Shown: positions 1-9,234 of the stretch, one piece after another
Numbering within the stretch: the first letter of the stretch is position 1
Layout of the letters: each line of letters starts with the position of its first letter
Source: an uncultured Acidobacteriota bacterium
GTDB taxonomy: Bacteria > Acidobacteriota > Vicinamibacteria > Vicinamibacterales > Fen-181
NCBI GenBank assembly: GCA_963717945.1
Contig: CAVQXT010000007.1
Span: 1,092,662-1,156,661, forward strand
Direction: 5' to 3'
Length of the DNA stretch: 64,000 nucleotides
Made by a program: the position numbers and the translations under genes
Notes under the pieces: model-generated
The model's input: the letters and a program-made list of their open reading frames with translations, nothing else
Database searches by the model: none
Told to the model about the DNA's origin: nothing

Positions 1-169
1 GCTTGTCATCGGCGCCGCCCTTCTGACCGTTGATATCGCTCAGGTGAACTTCAACGCGGGTGATGCGCGGCGTCCAGCGGCGCACGGCGTTCCCCACGGC
101 TTCTTCGACCGTCTCGGTGAGGATCGCGTTGCTCTTGACGCTGCTGTCGGCATGCACCTGGACCTGCAT
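1..169 (-). CDS. HPF/RaiA-family ribosome-associated (sigma-54 modulation-like) protein, runs off window start
   Basis: Not in ORF track. Reverse strand reads MQVQVHADSSVKSNAILTETVEEAVGNAVRRWTPRITRVEVHLSDINGQKGGADDK; ITRVEVHLSD-NG-KGG is typical of the family; GGAGG RBS upstream. Confidence 0.8.
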   Translation of the reverse strand, partial: MQVQVHADSSVKSNAILTETVEEAVGNAVRRWTPRITRVEVHLSDINGQKGGADDK

Positions 170-430
170 CGGCGTGTCCTCCTGTGGCTTGGGGGCCATC
201 ATCTCCGAGATGGCAATCGGCCCGAGTGGTTCATCCTCTTGTCTGTCCCGGCCCTCCTTCCTTATATGTTAGACGCTGGCGCGGCACACGAAGCCGGCTC
301 ATATTGAGGCAAGCTTACACCCGCTGAGGCCGGCGGGAAAATCGTCTATTATGGGAAAGTGGGCTTATACGCAGACGGTGCGCGGCCTGACGGGGGCGAC
401 CAATCAGGCGGCAGGCAGGGAGTACGCGGT

Positions 431-1525
431 GTGGCTGTAACTCGCAGGATTTCTCCGAGGACGTGGGCGTGGTCGGGCATCGGACTGGCCGCGGCGCTGG
501 CCGCCGCGTGCGGGGGCCGTTCCTCCGCGGGGCCACAGGCGCCGCCGCCCACGCTGGTGCAGACGGCGGAAGTGCGGCCGGTGCCGGTCGAGGAGTCGTC
601 GGAGTATGTCGCGACGATCCAGTCGCTCTCCTCGACCGAGATCAAGCCCGAGGTGACCGGGGAGCTGCGCGCGATCCTCGTGACGTCGGGCCAGCACGTG
701 CAGCCGTCGACGCCGCTGTTCGAGATCGACCCGGCGCGGCAGCAGGCGGCCGTGTCGAGCCAGGACGCGGCGCGCGCCGCGCAGGTGGCCGCGACGACGT
801 TCGCCGGGCAGCAGCTGGAACGCGCCCGCACGCTGTTCAAGGCCGGCGCCGGCAGCCAGCAGGACCTCGACCAGGCGCAGGCGAACTACGACGCCGCCGT
901 CTCGCAGCTCACGTCGCTCGACGCGCTCGCTCGCCAGCAGCGCGTGACGCTCGGCTACTACGGGGTCCGTGCGCCGTCGGACGGCACGGTCGGCGACATC
1001 CCGGTCCGCGTCGGCATGCACGTGACGTCGGACACGCTGCTCACCACGATCGACCGCAACCAGGACCTCGACATCGACGTCAGCGTCCCGCTCGAGCGCG
1101 CGGCCGACCTCAAGGTGGGGCTGCCGATCGAGGTGCTCGGCGACGGCGGGACCGTCATCGCGCGGACCTCGGTCTACTTCGTGTCCCGGCGGGTCGACGA
1201 CCAGACGCAGAGCGTGCTCGTCAAGGCCAAGGTGCCGGCGAGCACGGGCGTCCGGTCGTCGCAGTACGTCCGGGCCCGCGTCATCTGGCGCACCCGGCCG
1301 GGGCTGACCGTGCCGTTTGTGGCCGTCGTGCGCGTGAACGGCCAGCCGTTTGTCTTCGTCGCCGAGCCCAAGGGCGGCTCGCTGACCGTCCGCCAGCAGC
1401 GGATCGAGGTCGGCGACCTCGTCGGCGGCGCCTTCGAGGTGCTCGGCGGGCTGACCGCCGGCCAGCAGATCGTTGTCTCGGGCGCGCAGAAGCTCGGCAA
1501 CGGCATGCGCATCAGGACCTCCTAG
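431..1525 (+). CDS. RND efflux periplasmic adaptor (membrane fusion) lipoprotein
   Basis: Lipobox-like LAAAC, EIKPEVTG, RAPSDGTVG, VLGGLTAGQQIVVSG; first gene of MFP-RND-OMF operon; start uncertain (GTG 431 chosen). Confidence 0.9.
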   Translation: MAVTRRISPRTWAWSGIGLAAALAAACGGRSSAGPQAPPPTLVQTAEVRPVPVEESSEYVATIQSLSSTEIKPEVTGELRAILVTSGQHVQPSTPLFEIDPARQQAAVSSQDAARAAQVAATTFAGQQLERARTLFKAGAGSQQDLDQAQANYDAAVSQLTSLDALARQQRVTLGYYGVRAPSDGTVGDIPVRVGMHVTSDTLLTTIDRNQDLDIDVSVPLERAADLKVGLPIEVLGDGGTVIARTSVYFVSRRVDDQTQSVLVKAKVPASTGVRSSQYVRARVIWRTRPGLTVPFVAVVRVNGQPFVFVAEPKGGSLTVRQQRIEVGDLVGGAFEVLGGLTAGQQIVVSGAQKLGNGMRIRTS

Positions 1526-1529
1526 CCCG

Positions 1530-4500
1530 ATGTTCGTCGACGTCTTCATCCGGCGCCCCATCCTGGCCGGCGTGCTCGCGGCGGTCATCGTCCTCGCGGG
1601 CGCGATCTCGATCCCGGTCCTGCCGATCGCCCAGTTCCCGCAGCTCGCGGCGCCGCAGGTGGTCGTGAGCACCTTCTATACCGGCGCCAACGCGGCCGTC
1701 GTCGAGACGGCGGTGACGCAACCGCTCGAGCAGGCGATCAACGGCGTGCAGGGCATGACCTACATGACGTCGACCAGCGGGAACGACGGGTCGTGCTCGA
1801 TCACGGTCACCTTCGACGTGACCCGCGACCCGGACCTCGCCGCCGTCGACGTGCAGAACCGGGTCAACATCGCGTCGGGCCGGTTGCCCGCCGAGGTGAA
1901 GGCCGTCGGCGTCAGCGTCAGCAAGTCGTCGAGCGGGTTCGTCTTCGGCGCGGCGATCTACGCGGACCACGGACAGTACGACCCGCTGTTCATGAGCAAC
2001 TACGCCGACGTCTACATCCGCGATTCGCTGAAGCGGGTGAACGGCGTGGCCGACGCGATCATCTTCGGCGAGCGGAAGTACTCGATGCGCCTGTGGCTCG
2101 ACGCCGACCGGCTGGCCAGCCGCCAGCTGACGGCCGACGACGTCGTCGGTGCGCTCCGGGACCAGAACGTCCAGGTGGCGGCCGGGCAGGTCGGCCAGCC
2201 GCCGTCGCGCGCCGGCCAGGCGTACCAGATCAGCGTGCGCGCGACGGGCCGGATGAGCGATCCGAAGGAGTTCGACGACATCATCCTCAAGCGCGGCGCG
2301 GGCGGCGACCTCGTGCGCGTCAGGGACGTCGGCCGAGCCGAGCTCGGCGCCGAGAACTACACCTCCGAGCTGCGGTTCAACGGCCGGGAGGCGGTCGGCT
2401 TTGGCATCACGCAGCTGCCGACGGCCAACGCGCTCACCGTCTACCGCGACGCGACGGCCGAGCTCGCCCGCCTTTCGCAGCGGTTTCCGCCGGGGATGAA
2501 GTACGAGCTGGCCTTCGACAACACGATCATCGTGACCGAGTCGATCCGCGAGGTGCTCATCACGCTGCTCGAGGCGATCGGCCTCGTCATCCTCGTGATG
2601 TTCCTGTTCCTGCAGGACTGGCGCGCCACGATCATCCCGACCATCACCATCCCCGTCTCGCTCGTCGGCACCTTCGCCTTCGCGCGGCTCCTCGATTTCT
2701 CGATCAACACGCTGACGCTGTTCGGGATCACCCTCGCCACGGGCCTCGTCGTCGACGACGCGATCGTCGTCGTCGAGAACGTGCAGCGGCACTTGCACGA
2801 GTACGGGAAGAGCGCGCGCGAGGCCGCGTCGGAGGCGATGGCCGAGGTGGTCGGCCCCGTCATCGCCACCGCCCTGGTGCTGGCCGCCGTCTTCGTGCCG
2901 GTCGCGCTGTTCCCGGGCACGACGGGGCGGCTCTACCAGCAGTTCGCGCTGACGATCGCGTTCTCGGTCCTCATCTCCGCGTTCAACGCGCTGACGCTCA
3001 CGCCGGCGCTCTCGGCGCTGCTGCTGAGGAGCGAACGCGCGCCGGGGGCGTTCTTCAGGCCGATCAACTGGGTGATCGACACCGGCACGAGGAGCTTCGT
3101 GTCGGCGGTGCGCGTGCTCATCAGGTTCCGGTTCGCAGTGATCGGCGTCTTCCTGCTCGGCCTCTTCCTCACGTGGTTCGCCTGGACGCGCGTGCCGACC
3201 GGGTTCGTCCCCGACGAGGACCCCGGCCTCTTCTACGTTCTCGTCCAGGGGCCGAGCGGAGCATCGCTCGGCAACACCTCTGGCGTGACCAGGCAGGTCG
3301 AGCAGGTCCTGCTCAGCAAGAGGAACCCTGAGATCGACGCCGTCTTCACCGTGAACGGGTTCAGCTTCTTCGGCGCCGGGGCCAACCGCGCCACGATGTT
3401 CGTGCGCCTCAGGCCGTTCGACCAGCGGCCGGGCGAGGCGCACTCGGCGATGACGGTCATCCAGCGGCTCTACGGCCAGCTCGGCGCCGTCACCGGCGCC
3501 GTCGTGGTGCCGTTCCTGCCGCCTCCCATCCAGGGGATCGGCCGGTTCGGCGGCTTCCAGTTCGAGGTGCTCGACGAGACCAACGGCCCGATCGAGGACC
3601 TCGGGGCCGCCACGGCCGCGCTGACCGCGGTGGGCAACCGCACGCCCGGGCTGACCGGCCTGCTCAATTCGTTCACCGTCGACGACCCCCAGCTCACCGT
3701 CACCGTGGACCGCGAGAAGCTCCAGGCGCTCGGCCTGAAGTTCGGCGACGTGTCCGACACACTGCAGACGCTGATGGGGTCGAACTACGTCAACGACTTC
3801 GATTTCAACAACCGCTCCTACCGCGTCTACGTCCAGGCCGACCGCGACTTCCGGAGCGCGCCCCGCGACATCGGCCGCTACTACGTCCGGACTCCCCAGG
3901 GCGAGATGGTGCGCCTCGACTCGGTGGTGAACGTCAAGCTCGGGACGGCGCCGCAGGTCATCAACCACTTCAACCTGTTCCGGTCCACCGAGATCAACGG
4001 GCGGGCGGCTCCCGGCTACAGCTCCGGCCAGGCGCTGCAGACCATGGAGAGAGTGGCGCGGCAGACGCTGCCGAGCGGCATGACCTACGCGTGGGCGGGG
4101 CTGTCGCTCGAGGAGATCCAGTCGGGCGGGCAGGCGGCGGCGATCTTCGGCCTCGGGCTGCTGCTCGTCTACCTCACGCTGGCGGGGCAGTATGAGAGCC
4201 TCGTGCTGCCGTTCATCATCCTGCTGTCGGTGCCGCTGGCCGTGCTCGGCGCCCTCGGCGCCCAGTGGCTGCGCGGCCTCATCAACGACGTCTACTGCCA
4301 GATCGGCCTGGTCATGCTCATCGGGCTCGCCGCGAAGAACGGGATCCTCGTCGTGGAATTCGCCGAACAGCTCCGCGAGCGGGGGCTGAGCATCCCCGAG
4401 GCGGCCGTCGAGGCGGCGCGGATCCGGCTGCGGCCGATCCTGATGACCTCGTTCGCCTTCATCCTCGGCGTGATGCCGCTCGTGTTCGCGACCGGCGCCG

Positions 4501-4676
4501 GGCGCGCCTCGCGCCACTCGGTCGGCACGTCGGTCGCCGGGGGCATGTTGTTCTCGACGATGCTGAACGTGGTCATCATCCCCGTGCTCTACGTCGTCGT
4601 CCGCAGCATCGGCGGCGGCGGCAGCCGGACGGCGGCGCGGCCAGAGGCGGGCAGCGGGGGAGGGCAGCATGCGTAG
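1530..4676 (+). CDS. Multidrug efflux RND permease, HAE1/AcrB family
   Basis: MFVDVFIRRP start, GLVVDDAIVVVEN, GLAAKNGILVVEFA, RLRPILMTS motifs; about 1,048 aa. Confidence 0.95.
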   Translation: MFVDVFIRRPILAGVLAAVIVLAGAISIPVLPIAQFPQLAAPQVVVSTFYTGANAAVVETAVTQPLEQAINGVQGMTYMTSTSGNDGSCSITVTFDVTRDPDLAAVDVQNRVNIASGRLPAEVKAVGVSVSKSSSGFVFGAAIYADHGQYDPLFMSNYADVYIRDSLKRVNGVADAIIFGERKYSMRLWLDADRLASRQLTADDVVGALRDQNVQVAAGQVGQPPSRAGQAYQISVRATGRMSDPKEFDDIILKRGAGGDLVRVRDVGRAELGAENYTSELRFNGREAVGFGITQLPTANALTVYRDATAELARLSQRFPPGMKYELAFDNTIIVTESIREVLITLLEAIGLVILVMFLFLQDWRATIIPTITIPVSLVGTFAFARLLDFSINTLTLFGITLATGLVVDDAIVVVENVQRHLHEYGKSAREAASEAMAEVVGPVIATALVLAAVFVPVALFPGTTGRLYQQFALTIAFSVLISAFNALTLTPALSALLLRSERAPGAFFRPINWVIDTGTRSFVSAVRVLIRFRFAVIGVFLLGLFLTWFAWTRVPTGFVPDEDPGLFYVLVQGPSGASLGNTSGVTRQVEQVLLSKRNPEIDAVFTVNGFSFFGAGANRATMFVRLRPFDQRPGEAHSAMTVIQRLYGQLGAVTGAVVVPFLPPPIQGIGRFGGFQFEVLDETNGPIEDLGAATAALTAVGNRTPGLTGLLNSFTVDDPQLTVTVDREKLQALGLKFGDVSDTLQTLMGSNYVNDFDFNNRSYRVYVQADRDFRSAPRDIGRYYVRTPQGEMVRLDSVVNVKLGTAPQVINHFNLFRSTEINGRAAPGYSSGQALQTMERVARQTLPSGMTYAWAGLSLEEIQSGGQAAAIFGLGLLLVYLTLAGQYESLVLPFIILLSVPLAVLGALGAQWLRGLINDVYCQIGLVMLIGLAAKNGILVVEFAEQLRERGLSIPEAAVEAARIRLRPILMTSFAFILGVMPLVFATGAGRASRHSVGTSVAGGMLFSTMLNVVIIPVLYVVVRSIGGGGSRTAARPEAGSGGGQHA

Positions 4677-5997
4677 GCTCCCGTCGCGCGTGCGCCGCGG
4701 CGCGCTCGCGCTGGCCCTGTTCGCCGTGCCGGCCCTGACCGGGGCGCAGGGGGCGCCCGCGGCCCAGGCGCCGGCTGTCGTCGCGCGGCCGGGCATGGTG
4801 CAGGTGACGTTCGACCAGGCCATCTCGCAGGCCCTCGAGCGCAACCCGTCGGTCGCGCAGGCGGCGCAAGGCATCCTGCAGGCGCAGGCGCTGTTGAACC
4901 AGGCGAGCTCGCTCATCAAGCCGAACGTCGTCGGCGGCGTGACCGCCACCTTCCTCAATACCGGCGTGTCGATTGGCGGCGCGACCGCCTCCGCGCAGAG
5001 CCAGGTGGCCGGGACGATTACCGTCTCCGCCCCGCTCATCGCGCCGGTCCAGTGGGCCCTGCGCGTGCAGGCGTCCGACTCGAAGCGCGTGGCCGAACTC
5101 GCCGCCGCGGACGTGCGAAAGCAGGTGGCGGTGTCGACGGCCCAGGCCTGCCTGGCGATCATCGCGCTGCGTCAGGTGCTCGACGCCGACGTACGGGCCC
5201 GCGACGTCGCGAGGGCTCACTACGAGGATGCGAAGGAGCGCCGCGTGGCCGGGTCCAGCACGCGGCTGAACGAGTTGCGCGCGCAGCAGTCGCTCTCGGC
5301 CGACCAGGCGCTGGTCGAGGCCTCGCAAACGGACCTGTACCACGCGCAGGAAGCCCTCGGGGTCCTCCTGGCCGTGGGCGGCCCGGCCGATCTCACCGAC
5401 GAGCCGAAGCTCGTCTTGCCGCCCTCGATCGACGCCGCGGTCGGCGCGCTGGCGTCGACCCGCACCGACCTGCGGCTGCTGTCGGGCCGCGAGCAGGCGG
5501 CCACCCGCATCGTCAGCGACAGTTGGAAGGACTGGCTGCCGTCGGTCGAGGGGCTGTTCACGCCCCAGATCGAACAGCCCGCGACGTTGTTCCAGCCGCG
5601 GTGGAGCTGGAGGGCGCAGGTCGTGGCGACCATCCCCATTTTCGACTTCGGGTATCGGAGCGCCCAGAAGGCCCTGCGCGAGGTGAATCTCGAGACGGTG
5701 AAGATCGCCGAGGACGCCACGACACGGCAGGCGCAATCCGACGTGCGCACCGCGCGGGACGGCCTCGAGGCGGCCGAGCGCGCGCTCGGCTTCGCCCGGG
5801 ATGCGGCGGCCCAGGCCCACGAGGTCGTCGATATCGTCCTGGTGTCGTTCCGCGTGGGCGCCTCGACCAACATCGAAGTGATCGACGCCCAGCGCGTGGC
5901 GCGGGACGCCGACACCGCGGTGGCCATGGCGGACCACGACGTCCGGCAGGCCCGGCTCAATCTGCTGGTGGCGCTCGGGCTCTTCCCCAAGAGCTGA
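4669..5997 (+). CDS. TolC-family outer membrane efflux protein
   Basis: Signal peptide, ALERNP, IPIFDFG, FRVGASTNIEVIDAQ; overlaps RND stop. Confidence 0.9.
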   Translation: MRRLPSRVRRGALALALFAVPALTGAQGAPAAQAPAVVARPGMVQVTFDQAISQALERNPSVAQAAQGILQAQALLNQASSLIKPNVVGGVTATFLNTGVSIGGATASAQSQVAGTITVSAPLIAPVQWALRVQASDSKRVAELAAADVRKQVAVSTAQACLAIIALRQVLDADVRARDVARAHYEDAKERRVAGSSTRLNELRAQQSLSADQALVEASQTDLYHAQEALGVLLAVGGPADLTDEPKLVLPPSIDAAVGALASTRTDLRLLSGREQAATRIVSDSWKDWLPSVEGLFTPQIEQPATLFQPRWSWRAQVVATIPIFDFGYRSAQKALREVNLETVKIAEDATTRQAQSDVRTARDGLEAAERALGFARDAAAQAHEVVDIVLVSFRVGASTNIEVIDAQRVARDADTAVAMADHDVRQARLNLLVALGLFPKS

Positions 5998-6131
5998 AGC
6001 GCGACTCGGGGCGTCGGCTCAGGGTGTGATTCCCTCCTCGTCGCTGCCGGTACTAAGGTACCCGCCCACCCGGTACTTTCGGCTCATTGCTCAGCCGGCG
6101 GTTCGGCTCGATAGTGCTAGTCGGCGAATCG

Positions 6132-7220
6132 ATGAGCACGGCCAGAGACGTTCTCAAGTTCGGTGCGACTGCAGCCGTGACGGGCATGGCGGGGACGGAG
6201 CACATTCTCCTGCCGGAGCTGTCAGGCCCGGCGATCACGGTGATCATCGGCGGCAGGCTGCAGGAAGTCCGGCCACTGAGCTTCATCGCCACCTTGCCCG
6301 CACCATTCGCCGCCGAAGTCTATGCCTGGGGCTATCAAGTGCGGCCTGCCGTCCTGGGTCCGGGCTGCTTCTCCGTCTCCCCCGAGGCCCCGACTGGTGA
6401 TTGGACCTTGGGCTGCGGCGGGCAGCTGACGCTGAGCCCGATCCTGCGCCAGTACATCACTGTCGATGAGGGAATGTACCGGACACCGCCACGAGAGTGC
6501 CCCATGCAGGAGCAGGATACGGCCGTGGGGAGGGCGACTCCTGGCAGAGTCCGGACCATCGCGCAACCGACGGTCCGCCTGGCCAGCCCCATACCGGGCG
6601 CGCCGGCGGGTGGCGTGACTCCGGAGGTGGCACGGCAGGTCGTCCTCGCCGAGGTCGAGAGGCGCGCGGGTCTGCCCCAGCCCGTCCTGGTGAACAACAC
6701 CAGGTGGGACGGGCTGGAAGGGAGAGGCTCGGCACCGACCGAGATTTGGGAGAGCTACAACCTGATGGTGGCTTCCCAGTTCATCCACTTCGTCGAAGTG
6801 CGGTTCGTCGGCCGCCATGGGCTCGACGCGGAGGCCTTCAGAACGCTTCACGGCTCGCTGTTCCCAGGCGCCCGGTATCCGGGCGCCATCGATGACACCG
6901 ATATGGTGGCGGCGAGCCGGGCCGCGACGTCTGTCGAGATCCATGTATCGGGGCCCGCACCGGCGCGGCGGGTCGATCGGAGCTACGTTCTCTCGTCCGG
7001 AGGGCCGTTCGGGGACGCTGGCGGGACGCTGGCGGGATTCCGTGCCCGGCCCGCATCCGGCGATGCCGGACAGGTGGACGACCTTCTGGCCGGGGACGCC
7101 GCCCTTCCAGTCAGCTTGTCCGGCCTCGACCCGGCGGAGGGCCCCGCGTATGTCTGGCACTGCCACATTGTCAGTCGCCAGGAAAGCGGGTCCATGTACC
7201 CCAGCGTGGCCGGACGGTAG
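6132..7220 (+). CDS. Degenerate, shortened multicopper oxidase (CotA/bilirubin-oxidase-like) derivative, possibly a remnant
   Basis: Tat-like leader with one Arg lost (TARDVLKFG), LVNNTRWDG, TEIWESYNL, C-terminal YVWHCHIVSRQESGSMYP resembling YVWHCHILEHEDNEMMRP; most Cu ligands absent. Confidence 0.6.
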   Translation: MSTARDVLKFGATAAVTGMAGTEHILLPELSGPAITVIIGGRLQEVRPLSFIATLPAPFAAEVYAWGYQVRPAVLGPGCFSVSPEAPTGDWTLGCGGQLTLSPILRQYITVDEGMYRTPPRECPMQEQDTAVGRATPGRVRTIAQPTVRLASPIPGAPAGGVTPEVARQVVLAEVERRAGLPQPVLVNNTRWDGLEGRGSAPTEIWESYNLMVASQFIHFVEVRFVGRHGLDAEAFRTLHGSLFPGARYPGAIDDTDMVAASRAATSVEIHVSGPAPARRVDRSYVLSSGGPFGDAGGTLAGFRARPASGDAGQVDDLLAGDAALPVSLSGLDPAEGPAYVWHCHIVSRQESGSMYPSVAGR

Positions 7221-7444
7221 CTATTCGAGCGTTGTTCGAAGTGGGCGGATCCGTTCTTCTGTCGAATCTGGAAGGTGAACCGAGCGTTCAGACAAGAGGC
7301 TTCAGCTCGCCGCCGACAGCGTTCTCATGCCGGCTATGGCCGTGGCAGGCTCTCAGGATAACGGGTGGGCCTGCCCGGCCCCTCACTCCGAGGCTACGGG
7401 CTTCAGGCTACAGGCCGGAAACAACCAGTGGTGCGGCGGGAGCG

Positions 7445-7831
7445 TTAGTCTTTGGAAGGGGCTTCAGCGCTGACCGTCGCGGGCGGGTCGGCTGCCGTCG
7501 CCGGCGCGGTCGTCGCCGGGCGCTTCTTGACGGTGGGCTTTCGGATCCGCCGCCGGGCCAGAACGACAACCTCGACGATCATCTGGCGGGGGATGAAGCT
7601 GAGGCCCCGCAGATTGTGGTCGTCACCCTCTTCGCTGGCCAGCGTGACGCCCTGCTGGTCGTCCACCAGCAGCAACCCGTATGTGGTGTAGCGGGCCGGC
7701 CGGTGGAACTGGGTCCGGACCTCGTTGAGGTCGTATTCCACCACGGCCGTAGCCTTGGCGTCATCCCAGACAACGGCGACCAGCGCGTGAGTCGAGTCCT
7801 TCACATGCACTCCGGGGAAGAGCGGCAGCAC
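7445..7831 (-). CDS. Hypothetical small beta-rich protein with basic Ala/Pro tail
   Basis: Coherent globular core VAVVWDDA...TTYGLLL...IPRQMIVEV; start uncertain. Confidence 0.6.
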   Translation of the reverse strand: MLPLFPGVHVKDSTHALVAVVWDDAKATAVVEYDLNEVRTQFHRPARYTTYGLLLVDDQQGVTLASEEGDDHNLRGLSFIPRQMIVEVVVLARRRIRKPTVKKRPATTAPATAADPPATVSAEAPSKD

Positions 7832-8081
7832 CGGGGCGGCAGCGCCGCACCCACCCGAAAGGGCCGAGCCGAGCCGCGGGCTGTTCCCTCAGAGGCACTC
7901 TACCACGCTTTGGCGCGCCTCACCACGTGCGCCGTCCCGTCCCGCGCCGCCGGGCCGGAAATGCGCTCGTAAGTCATTCCAAAAGCATGGCTTAGACGCA
8001 CGCCTAGCGTGATGGAGGCCGTCCAGCGCGCGATGCGCGGGAACGGCCTCGCCGGGTCAACGTGAGCAGTTGCCGGACCGA

Positions 8082-8285
8082 CTAGACCGGCTTGACGTTC
8101 TCGGCGCGCGGGCCCTTGGGACCCTGGCCCTTGTCGAACGTCACGGCCTGGCCTTCGCGCAGGTCGTCGAACCGCACCGTCGAGCACGCCGACTGGTGGA
8201 AGAAGTACTCGGTGCCGTCATCCGCGGCGACGAACCCGAAACCCTTTTCACTCACCAGCCGCTTGATCGTGCCATTCATTGCCAT
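8082..8285 (-). CDS. Cold-shock domain protein
   Basis: RNP1 KGFGFV, RNP2-like YFFHQS, KGPRAENV; AAGGAG RBS. Confidence 0.95.
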   Translation of the reverse strand: MAMNGTIKRLVSEKGFGFVAADDGTEYFFHQSACSTVRFDDLREGQAVTFDKGQGPKGPRAENVKPV

Positions 8286-8524
8286 CGTCGTCTCTCCTTA
8301 CCGAACGTAGATGCGATACCCGCCGCGACGCCGCACTTGCGGCGCCGTCTGGTCGTTCACATACCGGATGAGCACGATCGAGTCTGTGTATTCAAAGAGA
8401 AGATCGAGTCGCACAACCTGTAGCTTTGATCTTGACGGGAGCGGCATACCACGAGGCGTGCCGTCGGCGGCGGGTCTCAAAGCGGAACTACAACAGGCTA
8501 GCAGGAATCGGGCCAGATGTCCAC

Positions 8525-9010
8525 TCAGGGTTCGTCGGGCCCCCAATCCGCGATGACGACGTGGCTCTGGCTGGCGATGTCGTCGAAGTGGACGAAGACC
8601 TTCGCGTGGTCGGACTTGCCAAGGGGGATCCTGACCACTTCGCACTCGTTGGCGACCAGCCACCGGTCGACGAACCGCCGGACGTGCTCCCCCTCGCCCT
8701 CGGTCTCCAGGCGGACGCGGGTCAGGCGCAGCCGGTGCGGTCCCAGATTGGTGATGGTGGTCTCGACCACGAACGGTCGAGCCGGCTCGCCGGCTGGCGG
8801 CGGCTCGGTCGCGGCACGGGTGACCGTCCGGCACTGAACGTGCGGCGCCACCGAGAGGGCATAGGTCTTCCACGCGGTTTCGACCATCTCTTTGGTGGCC
8901 GACACCATCTCTTGCGTCGACCCGAGCAGCCGGCGCACGGTCCAGGCGTAGTAGGCCGAGACGAGCACCAGCGCGCCGGTGAGTATCGGCAGCCAGAGGT
9001 TCGCGTTCAT
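8525..9010 (-). CDS. Hypothetical protein with N-terminal transmembrane helix
   Basis: Hydrophobic N-terminus LWLPILTGALVLVSAYYAW; TATACT -10 seven nt upstream of ATG. Confidence 0.65.
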   Translation of the reverse strand: MNANLWLPILTGALVLVSAYYAWTVRRLLGSTQEMVSATKEMVETAWKTYALSVAPHVQCRTVTRAATEPPPAGEPARPFVVETTITNLGPHRLRLTRVRLETEGEGEHVRRFVDRWLVANECEVVRIPLGKSDHAKVFVHFDDIASQSHVVIADWGPDEP

Positions 9011-9092
9011 CTCGGCGAGTATACGCCAGACCTTCGGTCTAATCGGAACTGCTTGTCCGCCGTAGTCGCGTAAGCGACGAAGGCGGCACGAT

Positions 9093-9182
9093 GAGGGATC
9101 GGGGGCTGCGCAGAGGGATCGGGGGCTGCGCAGAGGGATCGGGGGCTGCGCAGAGGGATCGGGGGCTGCGCAGAGGAATCGG
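9093..9182. repeat. Tandem repeat, 20-bp unit GAGGGATCGGGGGCTGCGCA x4 plus a partial copy
   Basis: Read directly; identical contiguous units without spacers. Confidence 0.95.
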
Positions 9183-9234
9183 AACTGACGATGAGGAATC
9201 GGAGTCGAGCGCTCCGCGGTACAATCGAGTCGCC

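Noticed and set aside
1512-5162. 1,216-aa antisense ORF, and similar long ORFs such as 56209-59502(+), 27885-30203(-), 40386-42716(-)
   Set aside because: Shadow frames opposite well-supported genes, as expected from high-GC codon bias
9093-9182. Possible CRISPR array
   Set aside because: Units are contiguous and identical with no unique spacers; no cas genes in the window
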